Source: Oikopleura dioica
Taxonomy: Eukaryota > Animalia > Chordata
NCBI GenBank assembly: GCA_907165135.1
Contig: OU015568.1
Span: 12,648,001 to 12,712,000, forward strand
Length of the DNA stretch: 64,000 nt
Direction: 5' to 3'
Below, in pieces: positions 10,741-22,867 of the stretch. The position numbers were made by a program, and so were the translations under genes. The notes beneath the pieces are model-generated. The model was not told where the DNA came from, made no database searches, and saw only the letters and a program-made list of their open reading frames with translations. Position 1 is the stretch's first letter; each line of letters begins with the position of its first letter.

Positions 10741-10828
10741 AACAATCATGGCCCTACATACGAGACTTCTCAGGGGTGGCTGAAACTTTCCAGCCCACCT
10801 CCGGACTTAAGGGACCTGGGCGAGCAGC

Positions 10829-11135
10829 GACGTGCTTTTTCTAAGGTCAACGAAGTTTTCCAGTCCACTTCCGCCTTATAGACCCCCTAACATTATACCT
10901 TTTTAGAATCAGCAGAAAATTTTAAGAACTTTGACGGTTTAAAATTCTTGAAAACTCCACTTCCGGTCGATTCTAGAGCCGGAAATTGACGAAATTTAGG
11001 TGTAATGGTAGAGTGTGACCTCTCAAATTGATGCTCAGAAGATTTTGAGTCATCCTGTAATCAATATATCTGAAGAAACACTCCCAAACGGGGTGAAACC
11101 GACCGGTAAAATTATGTAAAAAAAGGCATAAATTA
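10829..11135 (+). mobile_element. Diverged, truncated MITE of the same family as 49253-49856, forming the palindrome spacer
   Basis: Starts GACGTGCTTTTTCTAAGGT, like the TIR at 49253. Shares collinear blocks CACTTCCGGT..GATTCTAGAGCC, GTGTGACCT.TCAAATTGATGC.CAGAAGATTTT and GAAGAAACA.TCCCAAACG.GGT. Confidence 0.85.
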
Positions 11136-11229
11136 TACACGGGGATTCGTCCCACGCGGTTAAGTCCGGAGGTGGGCTGGAAAGTTTCAGCCACCCCTGA
11201 GAAGTCTCGTATGTAGGGCCAAGATTGTT

Positions 11230-11322
11230 TTTTGTAAGAGGCGAGAGGGATAGGAGAGAGAGGGCATGGAGACGATTCTTACCTGTTAGACAATCGAAAT
11301 CGGACTCAAAAATGGGATGAGT
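11230..11322 (-). ncRNA. Spliced-leader RNA locus, copy 2 (exon 11283-11322)
   Basis: Reverse complement of copy 1. Confidence 0.88.
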
Positions 11323-11591
11323 AAAGAGAAGGGGTCCTTGATTTCGAGGTCGTTTTGTCGCTGCGCGCTCCTATTTTCGGCCTCTTTTCAGAAAGGCGCG
11401 CGGTAGAGGGCGCTTTTTCCCAAGTGCCACGCCGCCCGCCAGGCAAGCTCAAAACTCAATGCTTGCCGCACGCAAACATGGTGACTTTTTTCAATGACTA
11501 AAGAGTTGGTTATTCAACAATTGTTGAATTATTTACGACATGAACGGCTCCTCGTTAAAAACGATAATCATCATTTGAATAAAATGCAAAA

Positions 11592-11710
11592 TGCTTAGCG
11601 CACGAGGTATTCCCAACCGGTCACCCATGTAAGTACTAACCCCGCCCGTCGTAGTTTGACTTCAGTGATCGGACGAGAACTGGTTTATTCTACGCGGTAT
11701 GACGCTAAGC
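11592..11710 (-). rRNA. 5S rRNA, copy 2
   Basis: Reverse complement of 10260-10378. Confidence 0.93.
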
Positions 11711-11840
11711 GAAGGAGGCTGGTTCTAGCCAGCATAAGTAGCAAAATTTAAATCAGGATTCCGTTTATTGCAGGTTAATACTGTATCTATGTGTTTTCCG
11801 TAAAATCAGCTAAGAAAAGAATGAACGATAATCGACTTTC

Positions 11841-12272
11841 TCAGTCAAGAGCAGGAGTATCGACGATCTCGATCGGAATTTCTTGTTGCTTTTCTTCTTC
11901 TTTCTGCACTCGTTGGGCGACGAAAGTGAGCTGATTCTCCTGCAACTTTGACGCGATCGTCTTCAGCTCCACATCCTCTGGAATTCGAATTTCTTTTGTC
12001 CAAACGTGCGTTGAGAAGATCTTCAATCCGTCTCGTCGAGTAGACTCGGTTTCAGACTTTCCAGACACGGTCAAAGTGCGGCTCTTCTCGTCCACCTTCA
12101 CGTGCAGTTCCTCGGCCTTGGTGGGGATGGAAGAAAGGTTGATGCAGCTGCACCACTTGCTCAATTTCTCAGCAGTTTGGCAGCATCCTCCTCGCTTGTT
12201 CGCGGAATGGGCGAGCTCAGAAAAGAGCTGGTTCATCGGCGGTTCAAAGTGTTCGTTCGAAAAAGTAAACAT
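11841..12272 (-). CDS. Small heat-shock protein, copy 2
   Basis: 143 aa. Differs from copy 1 at three N-terminal residues (L>P, F>L, S>L). Confidence 0.85.
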   Translation of the reverse strand: MFTFSNEHFEPPMNQLFSELAHSANKRGGCCQTAEKLSKWCSCINLSSIPTKAEELHVKVDEKSRTLTVSGKSETESTRRDGLKIFSTHVWTKEIRIPEDVELKTIASKLQENQLTFVAQRVQKEEEKQQEIPIEIVDTPALD

Positions 12273-12461
12273 TTTCGTTGGTTTTTGTGTCTCTGGTGTA
12301 ATGAGAAAACCATCTTTCGTTCGGTATTTATAGTTTCTGATGACTGGCGCCGTTTCTTCCAGAAGGTTCTATTTCCTATCAAGTGCCTATCAACTTTGTT
12401 CAAAGTGAAGAATAAAGATTACAAATCAACAGTGTTTTATAAATTATAATGCTTTTAATAT

Positions 12462-15400
12462 TCAATGCTTCCACATAGAAGAATATATTTTGGAGGTAAT
12501 TGATTGAGGTATTGTGCGGCGATCAGCTGAGGATCGTGTGGATACAGATGATAGAGATTTTGATGGCTTCGACTTTTTCTTTATGTCATCAGAAGTCACT
12601 ATGTTTTGAATAGGTTTTAAAGTCATTTCTGAGGAATCACCTGAGGGAAAAACCCGGTTCTTACGAGCTTTTTTCTTTTTCTCTTTTGGATTGGAATTAG
12701 ACTTCGAAGCTCTTAAATTCACTTATTTTTCCAATTTTTAACAAAGAAAAAATTAACCTCGAATCACCGGAGGTTTTTTCACAATTAGTGCTACTTTTCG
12801 AATTTAATGCTGGCAAATGTCTCTTTTTAGGCAGAGTATCTTGGATCTTTACCCCATCACTGTTTGCTACAATTCTGTCTTCGGTTTACTATGTTATTGC
12901 GAAATTATGGCAATGAGCTATCTTATTTTCCGATTGAACCGAGGCCTTGGTTTTGGAGTTTCTGTATTCCAGGGGTTACGACTAAAGAGGCGGTCTTTTT
13001 TCAAATCATCAAGGTGACACTCTACTCGTTTCTTCCTTCTCCACCATGCCTGGATGATCACTGCTGCTTGAGCTGACCTTTGCACGTATTCATGACGACG
13101 TCTTGCTTGTTTCAGAAGATGATGACGAGCTCCAGGCACAGTTCCGAAAAGATGTCTTGCAAAAGCTTCGGGGGATTCTCCACTGTACCTAAGTGCTTTA
13201 TCAAGTTTCTCACTATCGCTTATTCGGGCTTTGATAGATCCCTGAGTTCTAGCCTTAAACTTCTATGTCTTTTTTTCTTGAGATTAAATAGGCCCGATAA
13301 AATTATGTCATTTCTCAAGCCGTTCATAGGAATTTCTTCGCGAAAAAGGATTCCTTCCACTTTCACAGAGCTAAGTTTTCTTGGAGTCTGAGTTTGATGC
13401 GTTTTCGTTTTCAGTTCCGTTTGTGTTCCGATCGAGACTCTTATTGGGTTTGGCGGTGGTGCTTCTACCGGTACAAATGTGCTCACAACTTGCTCTCGTT
13501 TTTTGTTCTCATTGATTTCAGTTATCGGCGTCGCTTTTGACATTGAAGCAATTCTTATTCGTCTTATTTCATCTGCATCGCGTCGAAGATGTTCTTGCTT
13601 TAGCATAAGGAATTTTTGCTTTTCTTCTTTGAGATTTTCACTGTATCGTCTCCATGCTCGCTGAATCTTACTTGCAGCCAGGTGCTTCACGTCTTCACCA
13701 ACCAGTGCGTCCAAATTTATTAAAATAGCAATTGCATCCTGATGATCCGCTTCAAATGCCATGTCAAGTGGTGTCTCTCGCTCGATTGAGAAGGTCATCG
13801 AATTGATAAAAGCATGATATTGGAGAAGAAGTCTCATTGCTGCAACATGATTACTTCTTGCTGCGAGATGAAGGGGAGTGTATCCGTTTTCGTCTTGAGC
13901 GTCGACATCAGCGCCCCATTCCAGGAGGGCTGCCATCGAATTCGCCTTGCCATTTTCACTTGCAACATGCAGCGCTGTCTGACCTGATGAGTCTTTTATC
14001 TCAAGTCTGAGCATATTCTTTGCATTCGCAAGTCTTGCAATGTATTCGATCACATCTGCATGACCAGCTTCAGCTGCAAAATGGAGCGCAGTACTTCCAA
14101 AGTTGTCCTTTTCGAAGGTTTGAAATTTCTTTAATAAGAATCTTTTGAAAATAAAAGGAAATAGAAATCTATCCTGATGGAAAATCTCTTCTGGTGACGC
14201 ATTATCCGCTAGATTCTTTACAGTTGACAAGCTGCCGGACTGAAGAGCTCCAAAGAGCGCCGTTTGACCATCATGATTCGATGCTTGAGTATCTGCCCCA
14301 CGAGAAATTAAGGCACTTACACTCAGACTTTTGCCATGTGCAGCAGCTGCGTGGAGTGCTGAGTTACCATCATTGTCTACTGCTTGAATCTCACCACCGG
14401 AATGGATCAGCTAAAAGCTCTCTATGAGTATCCGGTTTCCAACAATGAAATCAAATAAAGAAAATTCTTCAAAGCGTACTTTCTCGATCGCGAAATCAGC
14501 GCCACGAGATGCAGCCCACATAAGAGGAGTCGCACCAGTTTCATCCTTGACATCCACATTTACCCCATGTTTGAGAAGCAGTTGAATAGATGTCTGGTGA
14601 TTTGACGTGCTTCCAGCCGCTGCGGCGTAATGCAGTGCTGTTGCCCCATTACAGTCCTTATGAATGCCAAAAACTGACGAAATTCTAGTCCTACCTGCGC
14701 ATGAACATCAACATCGCCATCAATGAGCTCTTGAATAAAATCAGCACGCCCGAGCTGCGCGGCCCAGTGAAGAGCCGTTCTACTTAGATTATCGGCTAAA
14801 TTAACATCACATCCTTTAGCTTTTCAGAGGTTCTGATGATTCTAAAGAAATTTAATGATGAGTTGCCACCTCAAATCCTATTAACAAAGACGCCACGCTT
14901 TTGTTTGCAGCTTTGACGGCAACATGAAGTGCAGTCCGACCTTCATGATCCTGCCAATCAATAAGAGAAGAACTCCCTTTCTCCAGTAGCACCTCCGAAG
15001 TAAGAACAGCATCTGCTTGAGTATTTCCAGCGCAAAAATGCAATGGAGTCTTTCCTTTCGAGTCGCCAATATCTGGGTTCGCAGATGCCTTCAAAAGAAG
15101 ACGGACAGCTTCCACATTGGCAAAATAGCTAGCACAGTGAAGCGCGGACTGGCCTTGATGGTTTTGAACATCAATATAATCAGAAGACATCGCTTTTAGA
15201 ATATATTTTACACATGATCCGTCGGTGATTCTACGATTGGTAGCAAGATGCAGCGGAGTTTGACCATCTTTATCTGGTAGGGAAAACTGACAATTCTTAG
15301 CAACCAAGAGCTGAAGAAATTTAATCGATCCCTTATGTGCAGCGATGTGAGCAGCACTTCGACCAACATTATCGACGGAGCTAACTTGAGCTCCTAGTCT

Positions 15401-15794
15401 GAGAAGACATTTGGCAGTGTTGAGTCGGTCGGCGAGGACGCAGTACATAAGAGGAGTGCGACCGAAATAGTCTGGGGAATCCATCAAGGTGCCGTTTTCT
15501 TTTAGAACTTCCTCTTTAGTAGGGTCGCATAAGTGCTTGTTAGTTATAGAAGAAATTGAGTACGTAAATTATTTTCGCCCGTTTTCCTAGTTCATCGCGA
15601 TCGCCTTAGAAATTGTATTTGTCAAAAGATGTGAATAATTTTAAATAAGCAGTAATCTAATAAACAGCTAATTCTATGACAATTGGACAAATATTAATTT
15701 TGCCCTGTTTGACTTTTGTGAGCTCCTTTAGTTTACCTTTGAGCGCAGCTTTATGTGCAGCTGTAATGTCGTCAACTTTAAGCTCTACTTCCAT
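12462..15794 (-). CDS. INVS: Inversin (ankyrin repeats plus two IQ motifs), multi-exon
   Basis: D.FGRTPLMYCVLADRL matches the inversin N-terminus. Many ankyrin repeats; IQ motifs AASKIQRAWRRY and AAVIIQAWWRRK. First exon MEVELKVDDITAAHKAALKG. Confidence 0.85.
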
Positions 15795-16476
15795 TGTTAT
15801 CTATTTTTTTCAAAGAGTTTTGTATACTTTTTCTGGTCGGGCAAAAAGTCAAATATTTTGGTGAAATTGGATTTTCGCGGGAAAGCGTACGACGCTGAAC
15901 GACTTCTACCACGCAGCGCCTGGAGTAGACAAAAGCTGACCTACAAGTAGCTTCTCAATAAGCTTTATATCGGCTTAAAATGTGCGAGACGCGTTAAACA
16001 AACATCTGAAGACGGAATTCTGCTTTTTTTTCTACGAAACATTTTGAAGATATTTCGACCAAAAGTCTGACCATGATGCGTAAATATAATATTCTGCGTT
16101 GTCCAATTTGTTAACTGAGGCTTACTTTTCGTTATTGGCAATTTGTGATTTGACATTTTAATTTGCGTCATTTTCTTGTTGAAATGTTGAAATCGATACC
16201 TGCAAAAGCTGCTTACTAACTAACCCTTACAATGATGAAAAACTACTATCTAAGGACTAACAAAACTAGTTAATACAATTTTTTTCTGCAGCAATATTTA
16301 TTTCAAAAATCTATCATAAAGGGCGCTGAGGTAAATATAAATAAAAAAAAAACATTGCGGCGTGTAAAACGATAATTAATCACGGGGAGAAACTCGTGAA
16401 TAAAAAGAAGGGAAAAGGCAGCAACGTCGATCGCGACGGATTGGGGTTTTTGAGATTTGTGTCTAGTTAACTTGGA

Positions 16477-17439
16477 CTAAATAAATAGTCCAAGTAAGCT
16501 AATCAGAATTGTAGTGGAGGTGAATGAATGGAATCGGGGTAGATCTGAGCCTTTACTGGAGCTACAAGGGTCGCTCCAATTTTCGGGTGTCTCATCTGTA
16601 TAATTAGAAGAGTTACTCGAAATATTAGAGTATGAAAAGCATCCTGGAGCTGACTCTTCCTCACATGACAAAGCAGGCTGTCCTCCATATAGCTGAATTA
16701 AAAGTTTTAGCTAAAGAGTCAAGCTCTTTTGTTCTAACCTGATTATCTTCGACTCTCAAGAAAGGACATTTCAATCTAATTCGACAACAAAAGTCTCCGC
16801 ATAAAGTATCATTTCTTCCTCGCCGCAAGAGCTGGGCACACACAAATTGCTCATAGGTTTTCGTACATTCTTCAGCGATCATCTTCGTCGGGTCACCATT
16901 AGTAGGATCGGCAGCGTCGTCCAAAACATCATTTAACTCTTCGATAAATTGCGTTGCGCATTTGTTAATTCTATCTTTGCAGCAGTCACATAATGAAGGT
17001 TGCTTAGTCGTTCCTCGTTGAGTGAAGTTATTAGGGCAAAGAGCAGATGTTGATTCAGAACTTGAAGACGCACTTTTATACAGTAGACCGCATTTATCAT
17101 CTTTGCTTCGACCATCCTCTTTTGAACAGGACGGGTCACTGAGTACTGTGGAACTAAAATTGATTTGATTCACTTGTCAAGGCTCATTTGCTGATTAGAC
17201 GAATAAAATATTCCCTGTTCAAGTTTGAACTGTGGAAACAAAACTTACCAATATTCAACCATATCTCTTGAGCACTCTTCTTTGCCGAAACAATTGTATT
17301 TGATTTCACAGCTAGAGCTTGTATTCTCGTCCATAGGAAATTGTCCGACTAGATTCAACAGTGGAGAGCTGGTTATTTGGTCAAGGGTACCTGTCGATAA
17401 TATGAGTATTAGGGCGACTAGCCAGGCACATTGCAGCAT
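16477..17439 (-). CDS. NALF/FAM155-like (NALCN auxiliary factor, Mid1-family) Cys-rich protein
   Basis: Signal peptide and hydrophobic C-terminus. Spliced CTKTYEQFVCAQ...CGDFCCRIRLKCPFLRVEDNQ|LYGGQPALSC resembles FAM155 C..Y..WLC...C..YC..V..RCPF......YGG...F.C. Confidence 0.6.
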
Positions 17440-18833
17440 TTTTGTATACACCTTGTCATGGCAGTCCCAGAGTAAACTGGCTCATCCGAATCTTTTTCTT
17501 CTTTTGAATATCTCTTCACTGATCCCTTTTAGGTGGTGAATATTTGATATTAACGCTTCACGAGAGCGCGTTGTTTCTCTAAGGCGGCGTGGTAGCTCCC
17601 CTGTTAATGGAACAGGTTTTACTCCGCTTTGGCAAGTGAAAATGGCGCGAATATCAAGGGGATTGAGGATCGATTGACTTATCTGTTGCAAGAGGCCAAT
17701 CGGCGTGGCGGCGATTACCGATCAATGCCTTCGGTCGCAGAGCAATGCACGGTGCACTGTGCGACACGCGCCCCGGCGTGGACCTGCATGCCTGCCGACC
17801 CGTCGGCCCCGCTGCACAAATTAAAAATTATCTCTCAGACCTGACCTTATACTCTCCCAGAGGGAAAACAAAAATATAAATCAACAGCTTCTTATGAATG
17901 CTGGAAGCACATGAGATATGATTCAAGATCCTATAATCATCACAGCGCTCAGGTTAGTGTTCCAAAAAGAGAAGCCGCTAAATTTGACTTAGTGTCTTTG
18001 CGATAGGATTTATGTTCATGTTTGGATTTTATTTCTATGAGCAGTTTTTCCTGAAATCCTATCAGAGAAAGAAGCTAAACCGCTTTAGGACACCAGGTGC
18101 AAGTCAGGATTGGGGTTGAGTCGACATCCTGGAGTATAAATGTCCTTGGATCTCGCATCAACCCTTACTTAGCGCTCTATGTTTGGCGAAACCTCCTTCA
18201 ACGATTCCAAGAAAGAGACGAATACAGTTTAATTTCTTGGCGTCAAAGCTGTCATCGACACTTCTGTACTAAAATGTCAATCACTTCCATTTTTTCTGAA
18301 TACATTCAAGCTAACCCATTACTTCCACAGTGCCGTACCGCATCAGGGCCATCGTTAGAGCGGTCCTTTAAAGTGCATTTCTTCATTATTGATAATGTTT
18401 GACATTAATACATCAATCGGTATAAAAGCAAGAGTCAGGTGTCATTAGCTCGGATCAGAACATCATGAAGATTTTCAAAGCTTTAGGATTACTTTTTGTC
18501 GCGACTGATGCGATGATGTCTTCAAGGCAGAGTTAAGAACAGACGTTTCTTGAGGGTTCTTTTTTTGAAAGCTCCTATTTTTAACTCTGTGAAGTGCTGC
18601 AGCTCGCAAAAATCAACGCATGCAGCGACTTCTCACTGGAAAATCCCGAAAGGTAATAAATATTTGTTAATTCTACTTTGAGATGTATTTGAATCAAACT
18701 ATTTCAAACGTAGAGTTTAATCAACACTCTATATTTACGACGAAAATACTAGTTCAACAGAATGCGATTCCAGGGTTGAAATACGCTTCCTCAATGTTGT
18801 CTTCAAATATTTTATTGTTCTCAAATAAACTTG

Positions 18834-19193
18834 TCAAACTGAAGTAGGGTCTATGGCATGATTTCGGCGCGGTACTTGCAGGATGTACTTGTTGATCGGA
18901 AACGGGAACAAAAGTGCTTTGGATATTCTTGAGTTTTGATTCAAGCGAGGATTCCGCTGAATCCATTTGCAGTTACAAGCGAGCTTAAATTATCAGAAAC
19001 AAAGAACAGTAGCATTTTAAGTCTTACTGATATAAAAACACCGAGTACGATGAGAAAGCCAACCGCAACGAGGATAAGATCCTATAAGCATAAGTCACTG
19101 ACTGATGTTAGTTTAGGTAGGCCCTAATTGATGTTCTATTCATACCGCTGCTACAATAAATTCCAAGGTGTGCAAGGCGCTTTGATTATCCAT
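18834..19193 (-). CDS. Putative small single-pass membrane protein (about 83 aa, 3 exons)
   Basis: Acceptor-like TTTAG before the ATG. Two GT-AG introns join MDNQSALHTLEFIVAA|DLILVAVGFLIVLGVFIS|LACNCKW...PTSV*. Confidence 0.4.
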
Positions 19194-19485
19194 GTTTTCT
19201 CTCTTGCTAAATATGAAATTCCGTCATGGTTTCAGCGTTTTATGAGAACGAAGAGACAATAGTCTGAATTCGAATGTCCTTCGAATCTAATAAATTTGCT
19301 AGACTGAGAGTAAGAGACATGTTCTTGTTGAGACAGAACAGTTCTTTCAACCAAATTATGTCCGTGATGCCCCCTGACAAGTTAACAGCCATTGTTGTGA
19401 AACTAAGTTTCAAAACAAATTGCTCCTTTGTTTTCATAAATTAATACATTTATTCATTCTAAATGAGTTCGCAGTGATCACTTTC

Positions 19486-20485
19486 TTATTTCATCATTGT
19501 GTCGACTCCCTTGACGTCGAGCAATAAGTTTCCAGTATCCATCATAACCTGAGCAGATGTTTTAAAATGAGCTCGAATTGTTTAGGCCTGATTACCTTGT
19601 TGGGGCTTTGAGCGATGACTCGAGAGACCTTCTTTCCGTACTCTATTCTTTGAAGCTTGAGATAAGCTGGGTTTTTCTTCAGAGCTTCACCGATTAAAGT
19701 TGCGCTAGAGTAATAAAATTTATCCCGATTCGAGATGACATAATTTACGATTGAGCTTCTCCCTCAGCCGAGACAATCTTCTGCTTCTTTTCTTCTAGCG
19801 CTTGTTGAACGATGAACTTGGCTTGGAAGGCTTGCTGCTGAGCAATCTGCTTGTTTTCAATTGATTGAGTGAAGAGAGGACTAAACTGGGTATCCGTGAT
19901 AGCAACGTCATCGAGAATAATGTTAAAGTCACGTGCTCGCTGCTCGAGATCATTTCTGATAGCCATAGACACCTAGAAACTTGTCATTTCTTGTTTTAAC
20001 AGGTAAATTTTATACCTCGTTACGTTTTGTCAAAAGTGAAGCAGCATTATATTGAGCCATCACAGATTTAAGAGTGTCATGAATGATTGAGGGCAACACT
20101 TTATCAGAGAAGTCCTCACCAATAGTCTGCGCGATAATACCGATTCTGTCTGGCTGAGGGCGGTAGAGAACACGGAGACCGATGTCGACCATCTGCAAAT
20201 CAGCGGTTCCAGAGGGCGAGACGACCTTGTATGCTTGAGAACGAATGTCGTAGATCAGGGGCCACTGGAGCCATGGGATTCTAGGGCGCTTTTAGAAGAG
20301 ACTCATTTGGGTGGGACTTACTTGAAGTGCATTCCTTCGGTCTTGATGTCTTCGCTCTGGACGCCTCCGACTCGAGAGAACAAAACAGCTCTGTGACCAC
20401 CATCGACGGTGTAGATACTGTTCATAACACCGTATCCAGCGGTGAGAGCACCAAGGCCAGCATAGAGAAGCTTTTGAGTAGCCAT
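19486..20485 (-). CDS. PHB2: Prohibitin-2
   Basis: YTVDGGHRAVLFSRVGGVQ, IPWLQWPLIYDIR, DLQMV and FNIILDDVAIT. The YDIR..SPSGT pattern favours PHB2. Confidence 0.88.
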
Positions 20486-21292
20486 CTGAAATCTGAAACA
20501 TATTGAGTTGGTCAACATAACTGTTACTTTTTTCGTTTATTTTTAAACTTTCTAAAAGGCACACGCAATGTTGAAGCAACTTGGAAGGCACTGGATATGG
20601 ATTTTTGGGAGGAATTTTACACTTTCAGAACTTTTCGTTTCGTTTGAAATAAATGAATTGCAAAAGTACATGAATCGTCAAATGAATGAGTATGTATCGC
20701 TATCGTAGTACTGCGAGTCCTCCGACGGTATCTTTTGCACGGGAAATTAGAAAAATATAAAGAGACTAATTAGGCACGATGACCCGATTGTAACATCTAA
20801 GAATTATAGCTTGAAATAATGAGATATGAAAAGATAGCAATGATCAGAAAAAATTGATGGTTATATTTTTGAATTCGCACTACCCGGATTAAGTTAAACT
20901 TCATACACTTTTTGTATGGAATAGAGGTTCTTTGAAGCGATTTAATTATGTTTTCATGGGTTTTTAAAGTGGTCAACAGCAACGAAAAATAACATGAATA
21001 AGAAATAATGTAAAAAAATATTGCAGATTTTCCCAAGCAGTTTGGTGGTGGTGAACAAAATATGTTTTTTTTGTTATTTTCATAGAGTTATAGCTAAGAA
21101 AAGTAAGTTGGTTCCATTTTGGAAATGGTACAGCAGGTGGTTTGAGGTAACTTGGATAGAAATTAAATTAACCGTGAGGGGAACGACGGCTTCTCCAGAA
21201 TCAAAAATGGATTTGGCTTGTGAACAAGTCGCCAACTCGCATTCTCGAGTCGATCCTTTTTAGTGGAATATATGAATTAAGAGTTGCTGGCT

Positions 21293-22563
21293 TTAGGCGG
21301 AAGCAAGGCGCTTATGCAGCAACTGGAAACACAATGGACCAAATAAAGCAGCAGAAGTAGCGCTCAGAATGTTAACAGCGTGATTATCGAGAATGTCTTG
21401 GCCGGATATATGGCTGAAAGAAGAATTTTACTTCCTGTCGAAGAGAGGTAGCACTTACATAACACCATCGCCAGGTTCAGAGACGATAAGTCGGGTGTCA
21501 AGGTCTTTTCCCGAAAACTGGAAGAGCGCCCCTAGTACTGAGTCTATTGCTGATCCAAATAAGCCTAAGAAAAGATGAAAATAAAAGCATTTCTTGCGAA
21601 CATTTACCTGTAAGCGCTAGGCTCAAGAAAAGCACCTTCGCAACCAGCTTCCCACTGTCATCGGCAAAGTCAATTCCATTTGTCCACCAGAGACCAGCAA
21701 GAACACAGACAGCAATCCAAGCCCCAGCAAGAGCAGCTGCCACGAAGCCAACGAGCGAAACGCCTCCATTGGTTCCTCTCGGAACTTTTTTGAATGGAGG
21801 AATGATGAGTCGACACATGGGCAGCTTTTCTTTTTTCACGTCCTTGCTATTGTCGAGTGTTTTCGACTGTTTTCCGCGTTTCTTTTCGCCCAAGCGTAGA
21901 ACAGAACCTATTTCCGACGACCATGTATCTGCTGTCGAGCAGACAATCGTCCCGGTTATTGCTAAGAAGACTTACTCGACGGTCAATGAATAATGACTTT
22001 ACCTAAAAAGAACCAGCTAGCGTCAATCCCTCGTGGCTGATTGAGTGTGAATGTCTTGGACTCCTGAACAGCCAGGTATAGCAGGCTGTATGCACATGCA
22101 ACTCCACCATTACAGATGACCTGAAAACGAAAGAATTGGGAATATGGGGTGGATAGAGACATACGTTGATAGCGTTTCTTCTGGTGTTTCCAGAGTGATG
22201 ATCTGGATCGAACTCTTTTTTCTGGTCCTTCTTGAACTTTGACCAGTACATGCTGCTAATGAAGAAAGCAAGAATAGCTAAACTTTTGATTAGGCAAACT
22301 CCGATTGAAAATTGATTACCGATAAAGAATACAGAACTAGCAGCGAATAGGATAATTCCTACTAGAATAGAAGCGAGCCTTCCATCAGGCGTAAGCTTGT
22401 TTGCCGATTTCATTGCAATTAAAACGCCAGATATTAGACCCAGGAGCGCGCGCAGGTGGCAACCCTCCGGCAGCGGATGAAGTGGCGGCTTCACTTCTCG
22501 TAATACCAGGCAGGGGATGGCCATCAACGCGGCCACCAGCGATACAAACAACGTAAACCGCAT
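21293..22563 (-). CDS. TMEM19: Transmembrane protein 19 (DUF92)
   Basis: DTWSSEIG, KVPRGTNGGVSLVG, DSVLGA and LDNHAVN motifs. Confidence 0.85.
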
Positions 22564-22867
22564 TTTTCACCAGGGCCTCATCTGAACAAAAAATTTCACG
22601 GTCAAAAAAAGGTCACAAAGAGCGGCAAACAGTGTCGCGTGAGTTTTTATTCTGAAAAAGAAAAAAAATAAAAACAAACAACACAGATTGGAAATGTGAA
22701 CAAAGCGCGCTCTTCGACCAATTAAGTTTGAGAACGATGAGGGATGAGTGCTTCATGAGATAGGGAAGATAGCGATAAGGCATGAGAAACGATTTACGGT
22801 ATAAGTAAGTCAGAGGCTGGGAGTAGACGGCAGGTACTGATAAAGCAAGCAGTGAGTGTTGAAAGGT

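Larger units (their letters stand above)
9594..12376. repeat. Large inverted repeat: 1217-bp arms at 9594-10810 and 11160-12376, 349-bp spacer
   Basis: Paired coordinates always sum to 21970 (9698/12272, 10260/11710, 10648/11322). The arms are near-identical reverse complements. Confidence 0.97.

Noticed and set aside
10807-11163. TTAA at both inner arm ends suggesting a piggyBac insertion
   Set aside because: TTAA is self-complementary and simply part of the arms. The spacer ends are not inverted repeats of each other.
17694-17812. Possible SRP RNA Alu domain
   Set aside because: Lacks the UGU(A) motif and helix 8 signature.
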